Assembly (NCBI RefSeq): GCF_006345805.1
Contig: NC_043001.1
Span: 116,002,001-116,066,000, forward strand
From: Octopus sinensis
Lineage: Eukaryota
Direction of reading: 5' to 3'
Length of the DNA stretch: 64,000 nt
Shown here one piece after another: positions 1 through 12,175 of the stretch. Within the stretch, counting starts at the first letter, position 1; every line of letters starts with the position of its first letter. The notes beneath the pieces were generated by a model. That model was not told where the DNA came from. It worked only from the letters and a program-made list of their open reading frames with translations, and searched no databases. The position numbers and the translations under genes were made by a program.

Positions 1-161
1 TTTACTTCGACCCCAGTGCTCAATTGTTACTTAATGTATTGACCCCGAAAGGATGACAGGCAAAGTCAACCACGGAGGAATTTGAAATCAGAACACAAAG
101 ACAGATGAAAAGCCTCTAAGCATTTTGTTCGGCGTGATAACGATTTTGTCGGTTCGCCGCC
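1..161 (-). mobile_element. tRNA-derived SINE family B, truncated by window edge
   Basis: Reverse complement of the family-B head (GGCGGCGA...) and central CCTTTCATCCTTTCGGGGTC domain. Confidence 0.8.
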
Positions 162-531
162 GAATTGAATGGAAATATTCACGCCAAAAATGAATCTCGA
201 AAACATTAGAAGACAAAAGAACAATACGTGATATGCGCATAAGACATCATAGAAAGTATGTAAAGAAATCGAATGCAGGGTTAGAATGAGGTGTCGTGCA
301 GAAAGTTATCTGATGTGGGCATAATGGTAGGAAAAGACACCATAGAAAGTATGCAAAAAAATCGAACGCAGGGCTAGGGGTACTGCAAAACATTGCTCGT
401 AGGTGTTAAAACGGGCTGCCATAATCGACAATGAAATTGCTGGGTGAAAATACTGTCAGCATGAATAAAGCATACAGGTAAATGTGTGCAGATGACTTAC
501 ACAGGATAGAAAAAGACTGTGGGTGTGTGAA

Positions 532-696
532 TAAGTTCAAATTCCGCCGAGGTCGACTTTGCCTTTCATCCTTTCGGGGTCGATAAATTAAGTACCAGTT
601 ACACACTGGGGTCGATGTAATCGACTTAATCCGTTTGTCTGTCCTTGTTTGTCCCCTTCTGTGTTTAGCCCCTTGTGGGTAGTAAAGAAATAGGTA
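532..696 (+). mobile_element. SINE family B, 5'-truncated young copy
   Basis: Nearly identical to the 3' part of the copy at 45985-46214 (GTTCAAATTCCGCCGAGGTCGACTTTGCC...GTAGTAAAGAAATA). Confidence 0.85.
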
Positions 697-779
697 TGTG
701 AATAAGGCCATAATTTTAAAACGCTAACTGGCAATACAGCAACAAGGCACAGAATTAAAATACAAAACGAAAGTAAAAG

Positions 780-1300
780 TCATGCAACTGGAAATTCGAA
801 TAGAACATCTGTAGATATTAAAGGAATTTTTGAAATAAAGACATTTTCTCCTTTGTGACTGTCTGATATAAATGTTGCCTTTAGGACATGGAGCGCATCT
901 TGAAGAGTAACATAATGTTTAGCCCTTAACTGTGTTTTTTTTATTGTTACGAATGTAGAGGAGACGCTGACTCTCAACTTTAGTATACATATGAACCAGG
1001 TATTGCTGAAATAGATCACGATACATGTGTAATTGATTTGATTGTTCTGGTCTTAACATCAGTTGGTAAGAATAGAAGTCATTTGACGACACCTTTTTGT
1101 TTGTCAGTGGCTCTCCTGTTGCAAATTCAATCTGTGGAACATGAAATGATACCCATCTTGTCCATTCCACAAAATAAGAAGATACTGGAGAGCATCATAA
1201 GAGGGATGAGTCTGTGAAACACGTTTAAGATTGTTATCTTGAGCACAACTGAGAATATCACGATTTTCATGGGGATCACCTACCATAAAACGGCTATTTC
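780..1300 (-). mobile_element. Helitron Rep/helicase fragment (frameshifted)
   Basis: Overlapping minus-strand ORFs give HPSYDALQY...GQDGYH, FYSYQLMLR...LFQQYLVHMYTKVESQRLLYIR and QLRAKHYVTLQDAL, typical Helitron Rep motifs. Confidence 0.85.
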
Positions 1301-1329
1301 ATTAGATGTTGGCTTGTTAAAACGACGTA

Positions 1330-1988
1330 AAATATCCTTTATTATAGAGTACTATAGCCGTAATGAACGCAGAAATACACACACACTCACAGACACATAA
1401 ACACTCATACACATATGTATATATATGTGTTGATGTGTGTGTGTGTGTTTAATTGTCTGAGGCCTAACATAAAAATGATTACACATACACTCGCACTCAC
1501 ATACACCCTGACATACACTCACACACATACAGATATACATTCACGCACACCTCAAGCCTATCTCTGTCTTTAGTTGTGTGAATGTGTGTGTGAATATGTA
1601 TGTGTGTCTGTGTTGTGTATGTATGTGTTTGTCTGTGTCATTCGTCACAAAAATGTATTATACTGACACACACATACACCCTCACATACACTCACACACA
1701 TATACTTATCAGTCATCTGCCTAGCGTATGTAACGAACACGCAAACACACACACACACACACACATACACACTCATATAGAGAATGTGACGTGCTTGGTA
1801 GTGGTGGTAGTGGTAGTATAAACTGTTGTTTACGATAGTTGACTTCAAGTGGTTCTATTTCATTGTTCAATTTTTGTAATGCTAATATGTAAATGAAAAA
1901 AAAGTTTATTTGGTATGCGAAAGATTACTGAATCTTTTGAATAGCCATATGTCAAAATCAGCAACTAAGTTTTCGAATGCATAAGAAG

Positions 1989-2078
<90 letters not shown>

Positions 2079-2098
2079 CACATATATATATGTATATA
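1330..2098. repeat. Compound (CA)n/(TG)n/(TA)n microsatellite-rich tract
   Basis: Direct reading; near-pure (CA)n at about 1990-2080. Confidence 0.9.
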
Positions 2099-2309
2099 TA
2101 GTTAATCCAAACATGAAAACACAAAAAAAACACAACAACGCGAGGGCGTGGAACAAATATAGTATTAGTGGACGCTCAGGAAAGAAGGAAAGAAGGAGGG
2201 TTTAACGTTTCGAGCGGAGCTCTTCGTCGGAAACATAGGAGAAGGAAAGATCCGGAGAAGGGAAGACAGAGGGGGGAAAAAATCGCCAACGGTACACACG
2301 TGGTCACAA
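2099..2309 (-). mobile_element. Penelope-like terminal-repeat fragment, copy 1, with hammerhead-like motif at 2200-2234
   Basis: About 200-bp repeat also at 15051-15241 and 45011-45210; minus strand reads GTTT-CCGACGA-A-GAG-CTCCG-CTC-GAAAC-GTT-AAAC. PLE assignment inferred from this motif. Confidence 0.65.
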
Positions 2310-2325
2310 TTTGAATATATATATA

Positions 2326-2689
2326 CGTATCCACTTCAACATGGCTGTTCCGTTCGAATGGACTTTACTGCGATTTTTAGAGGAGATTTCGTCTAGCTGG
2401 TTAACGATGCACGGCTTCATCCGATATACTACGAGCAGGGGAGCGAACCTCTACCACCTTCTAGCGATGGAACCAGCAGACCAGTCCGGTTTCAGGCTAT
2501 TTCTGCCTCTCTTCAGTACCGCACATCCCGCCTACTAGAGATGGCAGTAGCTCGCATCTGCTCACAATGTATATAAATTCAAGTGATTCCCTGTTCGCAA
2601 CATATCGGATGAAGCTGTGCATCGTTAACTCCTCTTAAAAACTCGCAGTAAGTCCGTTCGAAAGGAACAGCCATGTTGAAGTGGCTACG
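2326..2689. mobile_element. Fold-back element with imperfect inverted arms (core arms 2331-2427 and 2602-2684), MITE-like, unclassified
   Basis: CCACTTCAACATGGCTGTTCCGTTCGAA...CTTCATCCGATAT is mirrored by ATATCGGATGAAG...TTCGAAAGGAACAGCCATGTTGAAGTGG; no TSD recognised. Confidence 0.65.
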
Positions 2690-2758
2690 AACATTACTCG
2701 CTACTACAACTACTGCGTTCATCTCTTAGAGACATTTTTAGAACTAACTTTTTGCTTC

Positions 2759-3028
<270 letters not shown>

Positions 3029-3198
3029 GAGATTCAGTTGAATTAGATACTTAAATTAAGGCACCTTGCCAGTTCGGTATAGTCTGTACACCTCCGAGTT
3101 AGGTGAGCGGAATGTTATTAAGTAACAAGTATGTACAGGTGTCAATACATTACGGCCGTTTCAAGTGGTTCTATTTCATTGATCAATTAAATGGAGCC

Positions 3199-4310
3199 GC
3201 TAGACCATCGAGACCTGGCGATTTCTCCCCGGAACATTTGCCCAGCACCTCCATCACCTCCTCGACTGTGATTGGCCCCTCACAGCACTCAGCCTCTCGT
3301 GCCGAGAGATGCGGACCTCCAGTAAGGAAGTCCCTAAAGGCCTCACTATGATCCAGTGTCCCGCTCTTCCCGAGCAACTCGGCAAAGTGCTTGTAAAGCG
3401 TCTCACACGTCTCGTCCCGTCCATCGACCGAACACCTATTGTCATCAACATGTATATATATATAGTGGCGTACGTACAATTAGGTCTTTCGTTGATGACA
3501 ATGGGTGTTCGGTCGATGGACGGGACGAAACGTGTGAGACGCTTTACAAGCACTTTTCCGAGTTGCTCGGGAAGAGCGGGACACTGGATCATAGTGAGGC
3601 CCTTAGGGACTTCCTTACTGGAGGTCCGCATCTCTCGGCACGAGAGGCTGAGTGCTGTGAGGGGCCAATCACAGTCGAGGAGGTGATCGAGGTGCTGGGC
3701 GAATGTTCCGGGGAGAAGTCGCCGGGTCTCAATGGTCTAGCTTATGAATTCTACAAAAGTATGCCAGACTCGTTCGGGCACCTGCTGGCCAGCGTTTACA
3801 CCAACTGGCAGCAGAATGGGAGAATTCTCAAGTCTGCGAGCCGGGGGGGGGGGAGTGACGTTGATCAGGAAGGACCCGAGCAAGGGAAACAAAATAGGGA
3901 ATTTCAGGCCCTTAAGTCTACTGAACACAGAGTTAAAGATTTTGGCCAAGGTGCTAGCGAAAAAGTTGGCGTGGGTTGTGGACAGACTTGTAGGGGAAGT
4001 GCAAACGTGTGCTATCCCGGGTATGACGATCCACGACAATCTCAACCTTGTAAGCTACTGCTTAGAGAGGGTGGGGAAGCTTTCTGGCGCAGGGATGGGG
4101 GACACTGGTACATTTAGACCAGCATTTTAGGGTCGACCATCGGTACTTGGCGGCGGTCCTCAGAAGGCTGGCCTGGGCCCGACCCTCCGCGGTTGGATTG
4201 CTGCTTTGTACAGCGACATCGAGTCTGTCGTTAAAGTGAATGGTTTCTTTTCGAAACCATTCAGGATCGAGTGCTCAGTGCGTCAGGGGTGTCCTCTATA
4301 TCCGCTCTTG
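3199..4310 (+). mobile_element. Tx1/L1-clade LINE ORF2 (reverse transcriptase) fragment with a 251-bp inverted duplication of its 5' end
   Basis: KSPGLNGLAYEFY, FRPLSLLNTELKILAKVLA, QTCAIPG...DNL, SVRQGCPL motifs; frameshift at the G-run near 3843; 3199-3449 is the reverse complement of 3491-3741. Confidence 0.88.
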
Positions 4311-4448
4311 CGTGTCTGTGCGTCAGTATTTGTCCTTCCATCACCGCTTGGCATATGGTGTTAGTGTGTTTGCGTCCCTGTAACTTAGCGGTTTGACAAA
4401 AGGAACGATAGAATAAGTACTTGGGGTCGATTTGTTTGAGTAAAATTC

Positions 4449-6046
4449 GGCAAATTCATAGTTTCCCACCAGACTCGATTTCGGTACAAAATAATGTTTT
4501 TACCGCGTTTTTTTTTCTTCTTTTTTTTTGGTGGGGGTGCAATCGTCTTAGTTGACCTCGTAAGCTGTCGGAAATGCACTCTTTCTGCAGAAAACGGAGG
4601 GGGTGAGGTGGACCCTCGGAAATTCCCGTTCCCAACCTCGTCTCCCGCGTTTTTTTTTTTTTCGTTGCAGTCGTCTTAATTGACCTCATACATACAATCA
4701 ATTTACAGATTGCATATTCTAATTAAAATGTTTCTATTTGGTTGTTCGCTGGAACGGAGCAGATTAGCAAACGTCGCTTTGTTGTTCCTCTGACTGGTCC
4801 GAAGCGTGACAAAGCGACATTGCTTCTACCTGGCTCAGTTATCTACTGTGATTCGTGGGCGACTTACAAAGATATACAAACCTTCGGTTATCAGCAGTAC
4901 CTGATAAATCACAAAGAACATTTTGTTGACACTACACATGCACATATACACATAAAAAAGACATCGAACGTTTTTGGGCGAGATTTAAAAGAATGAGTGA
5001 AAAAGCCGGGTAGACTATCTACACTAGTACCTGGCCAGGTATTTATTTATCTCTGCTACAGAAAACGAAATAAATGCTGCACCAATGTATTATTGAAGCA
5101 GCAAAAGGATCTTTTCCTTTTGAACGGCAGTTTTCAACACAATTTCTTGTTAACTAAACACTTTAAAACTTCGTATACTGGTAGAATGTGTCAAAATAAA
5201 ACATTTTTTTGTCTTGGCTTTCTTGAGAAAATTGTAATTTGTTTGTTTAACGTAGTTTAATTTTTCGAATTTTAACCAATGAATCGCCTCTATTGAGCTA
5301 AAATCATTTGCTGCGTCTAAAACTGAGACAACATCCTGTCACTAACCCTAACTTTTAACCTTTCGTTTTTTTTTTTTCTTAATTGTTAAATTAATTTAAG
5401 GATAACAATTAAGAAAAAAAACGAAAGGCTAAAACGAAAGCATTGACGGAGCAAATGATTTTAGCTCAATAGAGGCGATTCATTGGTTAAAATTCGAAAA
5501 ATTAAACTCCGTTAAACAAATAAATTACAATTTTCTCAAGAAAGCCAAGAGAAAAAAATGTTTTATTTTGACACATTCTATCAGTGTCACATACGAAGTT
5601 TTAAAGTGTTTAGTTAACTAGAAATTGTGTTGAAAACTGCCATTCAAAAGGAAAAGTTCCCAGCAAAATTATATACACCCCTCCCAGATCGCTAGTAAAA
5701 GATCGATTCCAAAGCAAATCCGGAGACAGAAGATATACTGGACTGCCCTAGGTACCGCCCCACCCCATCCTTACGTTTTCCACGGATAAAGTGCATTTCC
5801 TACACGTTATGAGGTTAATTAAGACAACTGCAAAGAAAACAAAAAACGCATGAGACATGGTCGGAAAGGGGAATTTCCGAGGTTCCGCCACATCGCCACC
5901 CCTCCGTTTTTCCGTGGAAAGAATGCATTTCCGACAGTTTGAGGCCAACTAAGACGATTTCACTCCACCCCACCCCCTCCAAAAAAACGCAGGAAAAAAA
6001 TTATTTAGTACTGAAATCGAATCTGGTGTGAAACTATAAATTTACC
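4449..6046 (+). mobile_element. Merlin (IS1595/ISXO2-like) DNA transposon, internally deleted
   Basis: About 240-bp imperfect TIRs starting GGCAAATTCATAGTTTC; exact 8-bp TSD TAAAATTC (4441-4448, 6047-6054); ORF 4742..4996 gives RFVVPL...KRDKATLL...GSVIYCDSWATY...INHKEHFVD, a Merlin transposase fragment. Confidence 0.85.
5107..5660. mobile_element. Merlin-type fold-back MITE nested in the Merlin element
   Basis: Almost fully palindromic; ends GGATCTTTTCC...GGAAAAGTTCC; exact 8-bp TSD CAGCAAAA (5099-5106, 5661-5668). Confidence 0.85.
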
Positions 6047-6069
6047 TAAAATTCTTCGAAGCGGTGCTC

Positions 6070-6489
6070 GGATCTTTTCGGTTTGAACGACAGTTTTTTC
6101 TAGCGGTGTCATATGAAATTGTCACCCATAATTATGACCTTAGTATCGATCTATTGCATTTCAATCTGTTTTAGGGTTAGTTAGGGTTAGGGGTGGGGGG
6201 AAGGGTATCTTTTTTTCTTCACAAATGTAAATGAACCCAATCTGTTTCTTAAACGAGGGACATATTCATACGACACAGAATGTTTACACCTCAATAGACG
6301 TCATTGATTGGTTGAAATTGCAGAAATTGAAGAAAAACCCAACAAATATCTTACAAACTATAGAATTTTCTCAATAAAGCCAAGAGAAAAAGATGTTTTA
6401 TAAACTCATTCTACCAGTATACGAAGTTTAAAAGTGTTTAGTTACATGGAAGTTATTTTAAAAAACTGCCGTTCAAACCGAAAAGATCC
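6070..6489. mobile_element. Merlin-type MITE (GGATCTTTTC termini)
   Basis: TIR GGATCTTTTCGGTTTGAACG(A/G)CAGTTTTTT; exact 8-bp TSD CGGTGCTC (6062-6069, 6490-6497). Confidence 0.85.
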
Positions 6490-6639
6490 CGGTGCTCCAG
6501 TATGGCCGCAGTCAAATGACTGAAACAAATAAATAAATATATACTTAAATGATATGTCGTTGTAAGTCTGAGTATTTCCGACTTCTTATTACATTTTATC
6601 ACCTTTATTTATTCAGTCCTTTATTTTCTTTTTAACTTC

Positions 6640-6998
6640 CCCCCTAACCGGCTGGTCGGTCAGCTAAAGTTTACCTGTATTAAAGTCTCAAGAGACGATA
6701 CAACAAAAGCCGTACAACAACACTATTAACAGTAGTAGTAGTAGCAGCAGCAGTTGAAGTAGTCTTTATTTATTTATTTTTTTCTTGTGTAGTCGTCATA
6801 TCCATACTTATCACCTGTCCCCATTTCGCTGCGAAATTTATTTTTAACCTGGAAACCTTGGCGACGAGCTTTTTAATCTATTGCCTGTTGAGTTTCATTT
6901 TTTATCCGCTCCCTCGTCCAAGGAGGGGGTCTTTCTTACACGTAACATTATTTCTTGGTGGATTCAGTCGGTTTATATATTGTTTATTTACGCCACAG
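6640..6998 (+). promoter_or_regulatory. Candidate non-coding first exon / promoter-proximal region of the contactin-like gene (5' boundary uncertain)
   Basis: Consensus donor CAG|GTGAGT at 6999 inside a repeat-poor, CpG-retaining stretch (about 6.55-9.6 kb). The ATG exon has an acceptor, so an upstream exon is expected. No transcript evidence. Confidence 0.35.
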
Positions 6999-8660
6999 GT
7001 GAGTCATTTCAACTATTCCACTTAGTAAAATATTGCCGTTTGTTTACACGCGCGCGCGCACACACACATATACTAATTAACAAGGAATATTCTTTTTTTT
7101 TTCCGATGTTGGTCACGTGGCGGGGCTTTGGAATAGCTGTCAAACTGTCCTTCGAAGTCTCATACTCCATGGAAAAGGGAAAATGATGTGAAAGTGGTGA
7201 TGATGATGGCGGATGTAAGAAAATAATAACTGGACTTTCGGAAGAAAAGAATTTTTTTTTTTTTTTTTCCAGAACGATGATTTTTATTGTATAAAACACA
7301 GGGACATAGAAATACTTGAAACTGATGAGTGGCGAGATCCCTTTTTCCTTTCTCCATGAGGTTTGGAACTTCGAAGGGCAGCTATCCCAAAACTGCTCCT
7401 AAATTCATTATATTAACTGACACAAAAGACGGCGGACTTTTTTTTAAAAAAGTGGGTAGGGATGCTTACACTTTACCCCTAGCGGAAGGACTAATAAAGA
7501 ATTATGAAAAATCCTTAATAAAATAAATATTATGCCCCAAACTAGGTATCACAAACACACACTTACATATCAAGGCGGATATTGTTACACCCCCGTCCAT
7601 ATCTACATACATACATACGCACATATCTGTGTATGTACTTTTTAATTACTCTGCTTTTAACTTCCCCATAAGGTGTGTGTCACTGCGTGTATTCTCTCTC
7701 TCTCTCTCTCTCTCTTATTTACCTGTATTTCTGCTCCGAAGGATTATAAAAGAAAAGAACTTGGTATTTATTTCATCCTTTTTATATTTCTTTCTCTTTT
7801 ATATTACCTTTGTTTGTAGAAGATTATTTATTATTGATGATATTGTTTTATCGGTTTAAATTTTTTTTTTTTACGTTTTACTACTTCAGTGCGTTACTCT
7901 TTCATTAAGGTTCACCGTCATATTAATTTCTCCTTCCCCACTTATTTCATCTTTAATTCTATAGGTGTTGAAGTTTAAGAAACTAATACCATATATATAT
8001 CGGTAATATAAACCGCCCGAGTAATGCTTTATACATCGAAAGAAAAAGAAAAGTAGATAATTGATACTTCGCTGACTATTGTTTGGTATAAACGTGGATA
8101 TTGTGTCTCATACGTACAAACTTCTCGATTCAACAGGTTTCAGAGTTAACTGTTAAATATTTTATCTCTAACGGTACTTGTGTCGTTTCCACAACATTGT
8201 ACCGAGCACACCTGTGTTGAAACGCTTTTTTTTAAAGATAATTATTGTTAATTTTCTTTTCGTTTAATTAACTAAGAACCAGTTGTACTGCGCCGCACTG
8301 GATAAAGCTGACAGAAATCAGTTTTACTCTCTCGACGCTCCATGTTCAAAATTCTTTTAGAATGAAAAGTTTTAATTAATTTTTCTTTTCGCTTTTTGAC
8401 TTTCATATTTCCTAAGTTAAATTCTGAAATACCATATGGATGTGTGCGTGTGTAAACCATTTCATAAAGCCTGTCATTTGTGCTGTAAGAAACAGGAGTC
8501 AAACTCTCCCTCAAATCAGTAAATATTTTGAAGGTTTAGTAAATTAACTCACTTTTCCGTTATTAAGCCAGCATTCGGAAAATATTTTCAATTATAATTT
8601 AAAACGAACATTCAGAAATGGGTCTTTTTTTTATATATATCTAACTTAGGTGAAGTAGTT

Positions 8661-8812
8661 AAGCTAATACCGAAAAGAAATATCTGATAACATTTGTTAA
8701 AACAAGATAATTTATTCCAACAAAACTTTTAAACAAATGGAAAGCTATTATCGAAAAAATATCCGATAACATTTGTTAAAAATTTATTTCAAAAGTTTTT
8801 AACAAAGGAAGT
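8661..8812. repeat. Imperfect tandem duplication, unit about 80 bp
   Basis: AAGCTAATACCGAAAAGAAATATCTGATAACATTTGTTAAAA (8661) recurs as AAGCTATTATCGAAAAAATATCCGATAACATTTGTTAAAA (8742). Confidence 0.7.
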
Positions 8813-8911
8813 TTGTGAAGTTAATCTGAGTATTTATTAATTTAGTTTAATTTCTCAAATCAACCAACTAGCTTACAAAAAAATTATTCCAAGGTAAATA
8901 CACTCACGCAC

Positions 8912-8973
<62 letters not shown>

Positions 8974-10079
8974 AATCGCGCACCCATTCTAAACTATGGT
9001 CGTATCGGAGTCGACAAAAGAGCGAGTGTTAAGCATTACTAATCGCTGCTGAAATATATTTAAATATTTTTCATAGCTGAGATACTTTTAAAACAAGAAC
9101 CTATAAACTTCAGGCTCTATTTAAGAACATTTTAATTGCTTTTCTAACGGCCAACTTTCGATAAAACTGTCCATTATGGAATTTTCACTCTAATTTATAA
9201 TTTCTTTTCTATTTTACTGGTTTCAACCAGAGGCCGACACTATGCTTCGGCACCGCCTTTGATTTAAGAAATTTTTTAGTATGTTCCACACACTGATTTA
9301 GAAATGGAAAAGTTACGTTTCACTAAACTTTCCAAATTATTTTGTAAATAGTTGAAACTCGCAAGTAATGTATTTTATGAGAAATAATGGTGGCGAAGAG
9401 TTTAAAGAGGTAACTGGTTACCTTTTTAGTTTGTGTAAACCAATCAACTTATGTAGCATTCATGTACCGGATAAGATTAAGATTTAATATTGTTTAAAGG
9501 TCTAGAATGTAAAGGTAATTAACATAGACTAAGACCTAATATTCCAGCCCCGTCTGTAAAAAGGTATTTGGAATTGTGCTCAGTCCAAATATTAGGAGGG
9601 CGGAAGAATGACAAAATTGTTAAAACGTCTGACTAAATGGCTTATGATGAATAGTGGTGGTTCTTTACGTTCTGAGTTCAAATTTCGTCGAGGTCAGCTT
9701 CTGCCTTAAATCTTCCCTCTTCCCAGAGTCGACCAAGTACAAGGTCGATAAAATCAACCAAATCTTCTAAAATATTTCAAGTATGAAGCACACGATACCC
9801 AACTCCTCCAACAAAAAAATAAAAAAACCTTAGCAGGACTGATATGGAGTACCAAGTGGTTCTTGTATACTACCGTTACTTTCTGAGTTCAAATCCCGCC
9901 GAAGTCAATTTTGCATTTCATTTTGCATATAACTACTATAAAAATGAGCGACTAATCAAGTAACCAGCGTCGATATAATCGATTGTTCATCTTCTATCTC
10001 CGAAATGTTTGGCCCTGTGCCAGTGCTAGAAATCTTTGTCTTCCATTATTATTCCAGCAATATCGACTATACATCATAT

Positions 10080-10315
10080 CAGTGGTTCCCAAAGTGGGCG
10101 GTACGTACCCCTTGGGTACAGTGGAAAGATCTGGGGTGGGGGTCGTTGAAGAAAATGTGAGACGATAATGGATTAATTAGGTCAAGTTTTATTTGTGAAA
10201 TACAGTTGTCTTGAATTTGCTGCAGAAAGTGGTGTATGTTTGTGGTAGGAAGGGTGCTAGGAATGTGGCCTGGGTATCAAGGGGGTGGCTGCCTGAAATA
10301 GTTTGTGAACGGCTG
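10080..10315. mobile_element. Degenerate hAT-type MITE
   Basis: Left end CAGTGGTTCCCAAAGTGGGCGG, right end AGTTTGTGAACGGCTG; weak 8-bp TSD (5/8 match). Confidence 0.55.
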
Positions 10316-10949
10316 CACTGTATGAATGGAAGTCAGCCCTAGTACTTTATTTTATCGATCTCGGTGGATTAAAGGAAAGTTGATTTCGATTGCGTTTGAA
10401 CACAGTACGTGAAAGAGCCGTAACTAAATACCGTTAGTCGTTATTTTTCCGACTTAACAATTCGGCCAATCTCACACTGCGATGTGTGTGAGAAATAGTC
10501 AAATGAGGTCAATATGCTAATACTTATCGTCATTCTAATAAAACCTTTTATCTTTCAGCAATCTTTCGTTTTTAACCCTTTCGGCAATCTTTAGTTTTGA
10601 TTTAAAACGAATCGTCTTCTGACAAACTGTCATGCTGTTTCTTTGATAATTACACATGGCTGTGGAATGCTCAACCACTTCCACGTTAATTCAGGAGCAG
10701 GTAATTCTGTTAATCGACCTACTGAATCCTAATTATCGAGCGACGGAGATCCACAACTCTCCCTTGAAGGAAGAGCAAGGGCTCTAGACAGATTTTTCTC
10801 TTCTCATAGCAATCTAGCCTATAGGTTTTCTAGCTCTCCTAATTTGGGATACCCACGCAACAGATTACATGAGAATTTATTGTGAAAATTTTTTTCGAAG
10901 GCGGGGCAAAGAGTTTTGAATAATTCAAACAAGTCGACTTTATTTCTAA

Positions 10950-11570
10950 ATAACTTTCAGAAAAATGGATATTTTTTAATGAAATTTTCTACAAACATCT
11001 TTCGGGTGGTGTAGATTATCCTTATATAGGGTTTTATGGGGATAGGTCACCCACAAAATCGACCGAAATTGGTCTGTGGAGGTGTGTGTCGGGAAATTTT
11101 TTTAAAATCGTCTTTCGAAGATTTTTTTTTTAATAAAAAGATAGCCCCCGTCATTTCTAAGGGCACCGGTAAAAACATATCTGAATCCTTACCGTCAAAA
11201 CAGAGAAATTCCAAATATGTGGGCAACCTATCTCTGACATCTGCCAAAAAAATTATTGTGAAGTACAACTTGACACTATCACATATCTACGAAGTGAAAA
11301 TTGAAATTTTGAAAAAATTGTGATTTGTGTCAGTATATACGTGTGCACCCCCTTTCTTTTTTCTTGCATTAAATTCCGTTATGTAAAATACACTTTTTTT
11401 AAAGTTATGAGGAATCAAAAGTTGGCTCATGTGAATTATCCGAAACTTCTTCTCATCCACTTTAAAATATGTTTCACAACAAATTCTGGTATAATCGGAA
11501 TGAACACTGTCTCAAAAGTTTTTTATAGAAAATTTCATTTAAAAAAAATTATCATTTTTCTGAAAGCTAT
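10950..11570. mobile_element. Degenerate inverted-repeat element (old MITE, unclassified)
   Basis: ATAACTTTCAGAAAAATGGATATTTTTTAATGAAATTTTCTAC is mirrored imperfectly at about 11515-11570. Confidence 0.45.
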
Positions 11571-11861
11571 AAGGAAACATTTGTGAGGGCACACATATGG
11601 AAAGTTGTTTGTAGGCTTGACAGTAGCAAGGTAAATCATTCCTTTCTTAGAGTAATATACAGCTTTTGTGCACACCTAGTATCCATTGGTGTTTCAATTC
11701 TCTAGTTGTCAGGTCTCTGTGAGAAGGATCGTATCCAACCATAGCTCACTTTGTTTTAACTAAATACTGCCACTAGTCGATGTTCGTGAAATTAAATGGC
11801 TCTCTGTATTAGTTGTGAAGTTATATGTTGTCTCTCTGTTGGAATATCCCTGTTAAGTGAA

Positions 11862-12175
11862 GGCACATAGCTCAGTGGTTAGAGCATCAAACTCACAATC
11901 ATGAGGTAGTGCGTTTGATTCCTGGACCTTGCTGTTCATTGTGTTCTTGAGCAAGACACTTCGTTTCATATTGCTCCAATTCACTGAGCTCTAGAAATGA
12001 GTTGTAACATCACTGTACCAAGCTGTATTAGCCTTTGCCTTTCCCTTGGATAACATCAGTGGCATAGAGAAGGGAGGCTGATATGCATGGGTGACTGGCC
12101 TTTCCCAAACTTGTGCCTTGGAGGGGAACTTTCTAGGTGTGATCCCATAGTCATTCATGACCAAAGGAGGTCTTT
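11862..12175 (+). mobile_element. tRNA-derived SINE family E (CORE-like central domain)
   Basis: A-box-like TAGCTCAGTGGTTAG, B-box-like GTTTGATTCC, then CTTGAGCAAGACACTT...TTGCTCCA; related pieces near 36580-36730, 53320-53440 and 61748-61900. Confidence 0.65.

Larger units (their letters stand above)
4320..6540 (+). mobile_element. SINE family A 3' half, split by two Merlin-type insertions
   Basis: 4320-4448 (...GATAGAATAAGTAC...GGGGTCGATTTGTTTGAGTAAAATTC), 6055-6069 and 6498-6540 (CAGTATGGCCGCAGTCAAATGACTGAAAC) reassemble into the family-A tail. Confidence 0.8.

Noticed and set aside
242-377. 43-bp imperfect direct repeat (AGACA(T/C)CATAGAAAGTATG...GCAGGG(T/C)TAG)
   Set aside because: Probably an internal repeat of the adjacent decayed Helitron or another TE; nothing further supports a function
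406-711. 101-aa ORF and similar ORFs recurring across the window (e.g. 45930-46181, 47996-48337, 51133-51733, 29135-29417, 40215-40544)
   Set aside because: Chance open frames across SINE or RTE-tail copies; they recur only because the repeats recur
8880-8900. Second candidate donor CAAG|GTAAAT as an alternative first exon
   Set aside because: A weaker site with no independent support
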